Part shown: in pieces, positions 1 through 9,095 of the stretch | Position numbering within the stretch: position 1 is the stretch's first letter | How the letters are laid out: each line of letters begins with the position of its first letter | Notes under the pieces: generated by a model | Told to the model about the DNA's origin: nothing | What the model saw: the letters and a program-made list of their open reading frames with translations, nothing else | The model's database searches: none | Position numbers and translations under genes: made by a program | Assembly: GCF_000400465.1 (NCBI RefSeq) | Contig: NW_008806279.1 | Span: 527,277-543,345, forward strand | Length of the DNA stretch: 16,069 nucleotides | Source of the DNA: Wallemia ichthyophaga EXF-994 | Taxonomy: Eukaryota > Fungi > Basidiomycota | Reading direction: 5' to 3'

Positions 1-434
1 CCACCCCCACTATACCGGTCACGCTCTCTCTCCCTCTCCTTCTGCTTGGACTGCTTGGGGTCATCTGGGGCAAGATCGACACGCAGCGGCCGACCACCGA
101 CAGGATTATCGTGGAGATTGCGCACAGCAGAAGCGGCCGTGTCGCCGTCTGCGGAGGGAGAGTGGGTGAGTAAGGAGACAGTGAGTCGACAGGATCGAAC
201 ACACCGTAATACTCAACAAATCCATATCCTTTAGGCTTGCCGGTGTGCCTGTCAAAATTCATACGGAAGTCCTTCACGGGGCCAACTTCCTGAAATATCC
301 TGACAACTTCCTCCTCATTGATATCGTACGGGAGATTCCCAACTGCGCACAAATTAAATTAAGCAGACATGACTCGTGTATTCCCCACCAAATACAATCT
401 TTGATCCTAACAGCTGAGCGTTGGGAGTTCCCAT
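1..434 (-). CDS. RNA15: RNA15/CstF-64-like polyadenylation factor, N-terminal RRM (5' part only; gene continues beyond position 1). Exons 434-389, 342-205, 148-<1
   Basis: Manual splicing (introns 388-343 GTGGGG..CAG, 46 nt; 204-149 GTGTGT..CTCAC..CAG, 56 nt) gives [91 protein letters not shown]. This has RNP2 (VFVGNL), RNP1 (KGYGFVEY) and the [12 protein letters not shown] / TAxSAVRNL / GRxLRVD signature I recognise from CstF-64/Rna15. Not in the supplied ORF track. Confidence 0.88.
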
Positions 435-576
435 TGGTGGGCGTTGGAGATAGACGAGCAAGTCAAGTAATTTCAAGTAAATTAAATCAATTTCAAGCAT
501 CCTTGTATTTCTCTTTTCCTTCAATTTAATAGTCAATACTCTCGACTCCCCTTATCAACCAACTACCGTCACTAAA
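435..576. promoter_or_regulatory. Very short putative bidirectional promoter (RNA15 and the 103-aa ORF)
   Basis: 142-bp AT- and pyrimidine-rich spacer between divergent ATGs. The bidirectional reading depends on the 577-888 ORF being real. Confidence 0.4.
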
Positions 577-888
577 ATGGCTTACAAGCACTGGTACAGC
601 CATAGAACCGCCAATCACGTAAATGAAGCGTCTGATAATGACAAGCCACCTACAAATACCCCTAAAACCCCCAAAAATCACGCTTCCTACGTCATAGCAC
701 ACTCCATAGACAGCGAGAAGCATCTTATAAGCTCAGAACACTACTCCATTGCAGAGAAGGGATCAATTGCTACCCCACTCCGCCAGTCTCCCACCAGCTT
801 CCAGGCAGTGTCTGTTGTCGTGGCAATAGCCCTACTTATAGCATCTTCAGAGATTTCTATTCTAATTCTCTTCGCTATCAGGAGATGA
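577..888 (+). CDS. Putative 103-aa hypothetical protein with a C-terminal hydrophobic segment (tail-anchored-like)
   Basis: Uninterrupted ORF with AAAATGG start context. Polar N-terminus, then AVSVVVAIALLIASSEISILILFAIRR-stop. Starts 142 bp from the RNA15 ATG, head-to-head. No recognisable family. Confidence 0.45.
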   Translation: MAYKHWYSHRTANHVNEASDNDKPPTNTPKTPKNHASYVIAHSIDSEKHLISSEHYSIAEKGSIATPLRQSPTSFQAVSVVVAIALLIASSEISILILFAIRR

Positions 889-1431
889 GCGACGAGCGCG
901 AATATCCAAACACACAAACAATCTCAGCGGAACTTGTACTTTTGATTCAATATGCATGTGTATTACTTTTTAGGTGCTTTTTCATGGTATTAAATGAAGA
1001 CGTGGTTTTTTATATATCAACTTGGACAGCACAAAATCGCTCAGTGAATTTGGCGCACAGTCAATACAATCACTTTATTGCAAAATCTTCACATTACATC
1101 ATCTTGGAGCTAAAGCAGGCAGCGAAACAAGTCAAAACATGAATGCATCCATCTTTATAAGCGTTGTTTAAAAACAATTCAGGGTTCTTCGAAATGTCTT
1201 GACTTTTAGCGTGGTTGATTCACTAGGTTTCACCTCAGGCTTCATTGATCTCCACCTCAACCATATAATCACATAACGTGAAATTGAACATGATTCTGAA
1301 CATGATCGCAGATTCACAGATTCATCCTAAGTAGCCTACATCGACAGCGACAGTCTCGGACATCAACAGAAGTGTCAGAAGTATAATTTGACGGCATTCA
1401 TTAAGTCGAGCATTCTTCAATCAGTTCAACA

Positions 1432-3203
1432 ATGATCAAATCATCATTTAAAGACATAGAAATACCAAAGACAAGCATCTTTGACTTTATTTTACCGGAA
1501 CATCAGCAATCCAATGACAAGACTGTTTTCATTGACTCAACCAACGATAATTCTCTTACAATTTCTCAGCTTCGTAAATACTCCTTACAGCTAGCGTATG
1601 GGCTTAGAAAATACCACAACATTGGTAAAAGTGACAAAGTACTCATCTACAGTCCAAACTCGATCGCCTACCCCATTCTCCTTCTCGGCACGTCGGCTGC
1701 AGGAGCTTGCGTATCGCCGGCAAATCATGCATACAATGAATTCGAGTTATCCCACCAGATCGAGGATAGCGAGGCGTCGTTCATCTTCGCGCATCCAGAC
1801 AACATGGACCTTGCAATCAAAACTTTGAAAGAGATCGGCTGGCCAGAGAGCAAAATAAATGAGAGGGTGGTGTCAGCGACTGAGGAAAGCTTTGGTAACC
1901 ACGTCCCATACACTCAACTGCTATGTGATGACATTCAGCGCGGTATACCTGAAAAATTCGATGGAGATTCAGCTCACGATGTTGCTTTAATATGTTACAG
2001 TAGCGGTACAACTGGTGCAAGCAAAGGGGTAATGACAACACACCGGAACTTCGTGGCGAATCTGTGTCAATCAGACAACACGCGCGCCTTCGCGCTTCAA
2101 GTAAATGACGTAACGCTGACGTTCTTACCCTTTTGCCATATTTTTGGAATTCTAGGCCTTCTCTACACTTTAGGCAAGCAGAATGTAACTCAGGTACTTT
2201 TACCCCGCTTTTCTCTTGACGCATTTGGCGCTGTGATTGAAAAATATGGCATTACTGCTACATGGGCCGTCCCGCCAATTCTCAATTCAATCTTGAAAAC
2301 TGACATTGAAAAGAAATTCGACTTTAGCTCACTAAGGGTAGTGCACGTCGGCGCTACTCCACTAGGAGCTGATCTCACAAACAGCTTCAGTGACAAGTTA
2401 GAGGGCGTGGTCGCGGTTTCAAATGGATATGGCAAGTCGGGATAGTGACTGTCAAACACCTTTTAGCTGACTCACAAAAAGGTCTCACGGAAACGAGCCC
2501 TTTGGTATGCAAATTACCTTTAGAATATACCAAAACCCACCCATCGTATATTGGAAAGTTGGTTTGTAACACTACAGCGCGTCTTGTCGACGAGAATGGC
2601 CAGGATGTTCCAGGCGACAACAAATCGAGTGGAGAGTGAGTATCAGCTTGCTCATGAGTGCCCTCTAACACTCTCAGACTCTGGGTTAAAGGTCCGCAAG
2701 TCATGAAAGGCTATCTCAACAGACCAGATGCCACAGCCGAGAGTATGACGTCAGATGGATTCTTCAAGACTGGCGATATAGCAATATATGATAGCAAAAC
2801 ACGCCTATTCAAGGTGGTAGATAGAATGAAGGTAGGAGGTGGACTTTTGTTGTTTCAAGTCTTGCTGACGCCCTCACAGGAACTTATCAAGTACAAAGGG
2901 TTCCAAGTTACACCAGCACCTCTTGAAGCATTGATCATGTCGAATACTGAAGTAATGGATGCGGCTGTGATTGGTGTGTATGACGATAAGCAGGCAACGG
3001 AACTGCCTAGAGCCTATGTCGTGCCTCAGCACGCGTCTAACTTCAACAATGCAGCTTGGTGTGCGGAGATAGGAGCTTGGGTAGCCGATACGGTTGCAAA
3101 TCATTCAAAGCTGCGTGGTGGTGTGTGCACAATCGATGTCATCCCCAAAACGGCTTCAGGAAAGATTCTTAGAAAGAACTTACGTACTTTGGCAGCACAA
3201 TAA
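1432..3203 (+). CDS. 4-coumarate-CoA-ligase-like acyl/aryl-CoA ligase (ANL superfamily), copy 1, 543 aa, no PTS1. Exons 1432-2431, 2482-2635, 2678-2831, 2880-3203
   Basis: Motifs YSSGTTGASKGV, LPFCHIFG, GYG|LTETSP, GELWVKGPQVMKGYLNRP, GFFKTGD, DRMK|ELIKYKGFQV and PKTASGKILRK. Introns 2432-2481 (GC-AG), 2636-2677 and 2832-2879 restore one frame of 1632 nt. Ends LRTLAAQ-stop. Confidence 0.93.
1447..1604 (+). repeat. Near-identical tract A shared by the two ligase genes (partner 3588-3745)
   Basis: 158 nt with 2 mismatches (1566, 1569) by manual alignment. Confidence 0.9.
2583..3080 (+). repeat. Near-identical tract B shared by the two ligase genes (partner 4725-5222), spanning introns 2 and 3
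   Basis: 498 nt with 5 mismatches by manual alignment. The 42-nt intron 2 is 100% identical. Confidence 0.9.
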
Positions 3204-3572
3204 TATAAACCTTATTCTAACCGTTAATCGGTGTGCTTGTGATAACAATTACGATCTCATGAAATATTGTAATTATGCAAATGGCATAGAATGTTTAACA
3301 TCAGAGTCTTTATAAGGAATCCCAGCAGCACAAACTAAACTTCCGGGCCGTTTAACCTATTAATTAATAGCCATTCACCTTGAAATTTTCCTTGTTTCAG
3401 TTGTTGAATACCAAGGAAACAGGTCATTGGGGCGGCAATGTTTATATGCGTTCATAATCCATTATAAAGCATACATTTTGATCGCCTGATTATGCCAGAT
3501 GATAATTGCAGCTGACATCAACAACCGGTTATCTTTCTGAAACAACCGGGCGCATCTTGAACCACTCCCACA

Positions 3573-5369
3573 ATGATTGTATCGCCTTTTAAAGACATAG
3601 AAATACCAAAGACAAGCATCTTTGACTTTATTTTACCGGAACATCAGCAATCCAATGACAAGACTGTTTTCATTGACTCAACCAACGATAATTCTCTTAC
3701 AATTTCCCAACTTCGTAAATACTCCTTACAGCTAGCGTATGGGCTGCGAAAACACCAAAACGTAGGCAAGGGCGATAGAGTACTCATCCTTACACCAAAC
3801 TCGCTCGTCTATCCTATCCTCTTCATGGGCACACAAGCTGCGGGAGCATGTGTGTCACTTGCCAACCCTGCATACAACTACTTGGAACTATCCCACCAGA
3901 TCAAAGATAGCGAGGTCTCGTTCATTTTCGCACATCCAGACAACATCGATCTGACCAACAAGATACTGAAGGAGATAGGGTGGTCAGAAAGCAAGATACG
4001 TGAGAGGGTAGTATCAGCGACCGAGAAAAGCTTCAGGAACCACGTATCATACGCTCATCTCCTCTGTCAGGAAAGGCAAAGGGGCATACCTGAAAATTTT
4101 GACGGCGAAAGTGCACACGATGTCGCTATCACTTGCTATAGCAGCGGAACGACAGGTGTAAGCAAGGGTGTTATGACAACGCATTATAACATGGTTTCGA
4201 ATATTTGCCAGTCAAACAACACTCACTCTTCAGCTTCACAACTCACAGATGTCGTCCTTTCTTTTCTGCCCTTATACCACATTTTTGGACTAGGAAGCAC
4301 TCTATACACCCTTTCACAGCAACAAGTACCACAAGTGCTGCTTTTCCGCTACTCTCTTGACGAATTTGCTGCTGCAATTGAAAAATATCGTGTCACAGTA
4401 TCGGCAGTAATACCTCCGATTCTCAACAATATTCTCAAAAGCGATATTGAAAAAAAGTATGATCTTAGTTCACTGAGACAATTGGGTATCGGCGCAACTC
4501 CATTGGGAGAAGATCTCGTACACAGCGTCAGTGAAAAGCTGGGAGGTGTCGTAGTGATCACGAATGGATACGGCAAGTTATGAAGGTGGCTTTCCAGACA
4601 CTTTATAGCTGACACACCAAAAGGTCTCACGGAAACGAGCCCTTTGGAATGCAAATTACCTTTAGAGTATACCAAAACCCACCCCTCGTACGTCGGAAGG
4701 TTGGTGTGCAACACTACAGCGCGCCTTGTCGACGAGAATGGCCAGGATGTTCCAGGCGACAACAAATCGAGTGGAGAGTGAGTATCAGCTTGCTCATGAG
4801 TGCCCTCTAACACTCTCAGACTCTGGGTTAAAGGTCCGCAAGTCATGAAAGGTTATCTCAACAGACCAGATGCCACAGCCGAGAGTATGACGTCAGATGG
4901 ATTCTTCAAGACTGGCGATATAGCAATATATGATAGCAAAACACGCCTATTCAAGGTGGTAGATAGAATGAAGGTAGGAGATGGTCTTTTGTTGTTTCAA
5001 GTTTTGCTGACGCCCTCACAGGAACTTATCAAGTACAAAGGGTTCCAAGTTACACCAGCACCTCTTGAAGCATTGATCATGTCGAATACTGAAGTAATGG
5101 ATGCGGCTGTGATTGGTGTGTATGACGATAAGCAGGCAACGGAACTGCCTAGAGCCTATGTCGTGCCTCAGCACGCGTCTAACTTCAACAATGAAGCTTG
5201 GTGTGCGGAGATAGGAGCTTGGATAGCAGGAAAAGTCGCCAATCATTCAAAGCTGCGTGGTGGTGTGCGCACAATTGATTCTATTCCCAAAACACCGGCT
5301 GGCAAAATACTAAGGAGACATTTACGTACTATGGCAGCACAGGAAAATGGTGCGCTTGCTAAACTTTAA
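3573..5369 (+). CDS. 4-coumarate-CoA-ligase-like acyl/aryl-CoA ligase, copy 2, 551 aa, C-terminal PTS1 (-AKL), predicted peroxisomal. Exons 3573-4572, 4624-4777, 4820-4973, 5022-5369
   Basis: Same motifs and intron positions as copy 1 (introns 4573-4623 GC-AG, 4778-4819, 4974-5021); 1656-nt frame. Ends ENGALAKL-stop, and AKL fits the canonical [SAC][KRH][LM] PTS1. Confidence 0.93.
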
Positions 5370-5455
5370 GCCCTGAACATAATGAATCAACTTCGAAATT
5401 GTTGTACTTTGGACAAAGAATAATACATAAGGTTTACCATAACTAAAATTCCAAA

Positions 5456-8400
5456 CTAATTTGATGGCCGATGTAGACGGAGTAAAAGGCTGGAAATTAC
5501 GACACTCACGCTTGAAAGCGCCATCGCTAATGCGGAATATACCGGTGGCAGCTTCACTCCCAGCGGGTAAAAGACACCGGCAGCAACAGGAACAAGAGTG
5601 ACGTTGAAAACAATCGCCCATATGAAATTGATGATGATGCGTGTCTTGACTAACTTCGATAGCTTGAATATTTTGATGAGCGAGCGTAGTGATGAGTTGA
5701 GAAGAATGAAGTGTGCAGAAGATATGGTAATCTGACTACCAGAACCCTGCGACGTGCCCACATCAGCTGCTATAATTGCCCCACTATCATTGAGTCCATC
5801 ACCGACAAACATAACAAGCGGGGTTACTTCCCTTTTGTCTGGCTTTCCAATCCACCTCTTCATGCGCGAGAGCATTGTAGGCGAAAGCGGCTTACAATTA
5901 GCTTCATTCCTTAATTTCTCGATATACTTCACTTTATCATCAGGCATTGCACCCGCCATCACATTCTCCTCAGCGATACCGACATCCCTAGCTATAGCCC
6001 TCGCCGTTAATTCCTCATCACCCGTCAGCATGAAAATTTGCTTGCCTGCATTGTGTAGTTGCTGTACTACCTCTCTCGACTCTTCCCTAGGCGAGTCAGC
6101 GATAGCTAGTGCATATGTGATCGTCAAAGCTTCATCATCTGCACCAGCCTCTTTTAGCGCCACAAACACAATACTATTACCGTTATTTCTCCAACGGTCG
6201 ACTGTCGATGAAGGTTGGCTGCCAGCACCGACAAACTTGCCACTCCCAATGCGCATCTCCAGCATTTTATCGTCGCAACTGAACACACCCTTAACTCCAC
6301 GACCACTAACCTCTTCATACGAGGATAAGTCAGGTAACAGTGAGTGGGATTTCGCGGAGGCATGGCTCTTTACTGCCTTGGCTATGGGATGCGAAGACTG
6401 CTCTTCCATAGATGAAACCATACCCCAAAGTACGTCTTCATCGAGCAAACCATCCTCCTTCTTAGAGAGACGTTCTTCCGAAACAATCGAGATCTTGCCT
6501 TCTGTGAGCGTTCCGGTCTTGTCGAGCACCACGATCTGGACCTTGTTGGCGAGCTCGAAAGATTCGCTACCAGACTGAACAAGAACACCATGATTGGCGA
6601 GTACACCCGATCCCACTGCAATGGCTGTAGGTGTAGCTAGACCAATGCCGCAAGGACAAGCGACGACTAACGTAGCAACGCTGAACTGTATCGCAAAAAA
6701 TATCTTGCCACCTTGATCCATCTTGCCGCCGAGCTCTGCTGCATTTGCAGCAACGACGAGCCACACTATGAGCGTGATAATTGAGAGTAAAACTATCACA
6801 GGAACAAACACCGCAGTCACTGCATCTGCAATCTTCTCTATTGGAGCTTTTTTGGATTGAGCATCGTTCACTACCCGTATGATCCTGTCAATCAACGTCT
6901 CCGACGAGGTGCTCGTCACCTTCATAAACACCGCCTTCAGGCAGGTAGTTCCAGTCATTACCTCATCACCCTCGTGGAGAGTGACCGGAAGACTCTCGCC
7001 TGTGACGCTGCTCATGTCGAACGGGTAGTTACCCCGGCTGCTAATAAGACCGTCGATAGGCACAACTTCGCCCGCCTGCACTAGCAGCGTATCGCCGATC
7101 TCGATAAGTGTGAGCGAAGTCTCCTTTATACTACCTCTGCTGCTGCGTGCCGGAACATTATTACCATTAGGAAGTAACCGCGTTGTTTCGCTGCTTGAGC
7201 TATTCTCGTGGTCATAATCACTGTCTGTTTTGGTCTTTGCTTCAGAGAAGGACAGGTCGTTGTCCCCGACAAGCAGCGCTTTGCTTGGTTTCAGCTTGCC
7301 GAGTGCACTTATAGCATCACCTGTCTAGAATTCTGTAAGATGACAAATATTGCTTAAATCCTCCCCACCTTCGCTTTCATGTAGCTCTCTAGAGTCCTCC
7401 CGATCGAGATAAAAAATATCAAGAAGATGGGCATTTCAAAGTATCCCATCATTCTATCGTCGGGTGTCTTTAAGTGGATATCGATAATAAGCATCGCGAT
7501 ACTCGCAAAGTATGCTACTGTCGTACCGAGAGAGACGAGCAAATCCATACTACCCCACGTGACTAACGCTATCCATGGAAACCTATCACTCTTGCTGACA
7601 GCTTTGTAAGAAGCCTTGAGAGAAAGATACGACTTTTTGTGGAAATTCCAACCCACGATGAGGTAAACAGGAGAGGAAAGAAGAAACATCACTACAATAC
7701 CAACCGTTGCCTGTCCCCAGATGGGTCTTTCAAGCTCACGTCTGACAGGGTGATCTTCGTTGAGTAATTCCATTCCAATAACATTGATTACCAACGCTGC
7801 GAAACTGAACACAGCGGATACTGCCACTCTGACCAGCCATGCCTTTGATTCCGCTAAGTGAATTGCGGTGGAACGCGAAGAATTCGCCGAATTGTTTTCT
7901 ACCGCTGTTATAGTGAATTTCGGATGGGCGTGATGAATATCCCTAATGATACTACGCACAGTGAGTAAAGGAGAATTGGGAGTGTACGTGACTGTTACGA
8001 AAGGATGATCGAGCGTAATGTCATTTGTGTGCGCAATTAGAGGCAGGGAGTTCAGTGTGTCTAGCAGGTGTGAAGGACAATGACCGCAAAACATTCCATC
8101 TACTTTAAACTCCACGTTGCGTTCGTTGCTCCTAGCCTCATTTCGGCTCACAGTTGATACAGCAGTAGCACCATAACCGATATCTTCAATAGTATCGACA
8201 AGGTGGGCGACATCAACGGCTTTGTTATGTTCAACGATAGCAGTAGCACTAGTAAGCGATACGTCTACGGTGAGGACACCTTCTTCTAGTTTTAAGGCGG
8301 AACTGATAGTTTGCGAGCAGCTTGCGCATGTCATACCTTTAAACTCAAACTTTGTTATGACAGTGTCTTGGTCTTCTTCCTTCTTTAGAGGTGATGATTC

Positions 8401-8978
8401 GATAATTTTGCTTTCGTAGCCAATTGTATCGATCTCATTCTGCACGGATTCCAGGGAGAGTTGCTCGTGGATGAATTCTGCTTCTGCAGACATCAAGCTA
8501 ACTCGAACGCTGTCTGGATCAACACCAGTCATTCCTCGCAGGGTTGAAGAGAGTGTTTGTGTGCAACTAGCACAAGTCATGCCCTCCACTGAGAGCTTTG
8601 TAAAGTAGAATAATTTACCAGTCTTTGTTGCGTTTTCGCCCTTCTCTCTGCACTCCTGGCAGCTTTCGAGGTGGCGGGTATTGAGCGTTTCATGAGATTT
8701 TCCTTTGTCTTTTGACCTCAAGAATGAATTCTCCTGATCGACCGAATAACCAATTTCGTGCAGAGCCCCAACGACTTCTCGCTTCGCAGCATTTTTATCA
8801 TCACATTCGAAAGAAACAGATTTATTGAGAAGGTTTACTGAGACGTTTTTGGCTGCTGAATTTTTGAGTGCGCTCTGAATAGCATAGACGCAGCTAGGGC
8901 AGTGGATGGTTGGCACTGAGTAGGTATGAGTGGGTCTGTAGAGAAAGCTGCTGATAGCGCACCTATCATGCTTTCCAT
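5456..8978 (-). CDS. P1B-type heavy-metal (copper-type) transporting ATPase, 1143 aa. Exons 8978-8963, 8915-7369, 7324-5456
   Basis: N-terminal CxxC HMA motifs (IHCPSC, GMTCASC x2, GMFCGHC), YFE..GRTLE, TGES, CPC (6650-6658), DKTGT (6509-6523), SSHP, TGD, GDGLND and MALSS (5510-5524). Introns 8962-8916 (GTGCGC..CAG) and 7368-7325 (GTGGGG..TAG) join ESYMKAK|TGDAISAL in frame. The first mini-exon (MESMI) is inferred because the frame upstream of 8916 has no ATG. Confidence 0.93.
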
Positions 8979-9095
8979 TTTTATTTATTCTAATCGCCTT
9001 ACTGATAAGATGGATTGCGTAATTTGTTGATCGTCGTCTGCGGCCTGTCTCGTCTTGGTGGTTGAGGTCAGAGAGACGAAGTCGGCTAATTACAT

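Noticed and set aside
24-42. CT-rich microsatellite-like run
   Set aside because: It is coding on the minus strand (KERERERD low-complexity segment of RNA15), not an independent repeat.
46-529. Plus-strand ORFs 46-234 and 245-529, and minus-strand ORF 354-536 taken as a whole
   Set aside because: The plus ORFs are antisense shadows of RNA15. Only 434-389 of the minus ORF is a real exon.
885-1142. 85-aa ORF overlapping the stop of the 577-888 ORF, with a possible acceptor at about 880
   Set aside because: It runs into AT-rich UTR-like sequence, has no recognisable motif, and I found no convincing upstream donor to splice it in.
3201-3227. Cryptic PTS1 in copy 1 produced by stop-codon readthrough
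   Set aside because: The stop context is TAA-T, not the leaky TGA-CTA type, and readthrough would end in SNR, which is not a PTS1.
1432-5369. Ligases read as frameshifted pseudogenes, or as one gene duplicated by misassembly
   Set aside because: All frame breaks are explained by introns with proper signals, and the middle third is far too diverged for the pair to be a pure assembly duplicate.
1432-5369. Bioluminescence system, given the similarity of 4CL-like enzymes to firefly luciferase
   Set aside because: The similarity is superfamily-wide. Fungal luminescence uses hispidin synthase, H3H, Luz and CPH, none of which is recognisable here.
5754-6578. 274-aa plus-strand ORF and other antisense ORFs (2387-2704, 4349-4846, 11244-11639, 13776-14108, 15028-15612)
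   Set aside because: All lie opposite well-supported CDSs and are Ser/Thr-rich with no motifs. The similarity between the two ligase-antisense ORFs only mirrors tract B.
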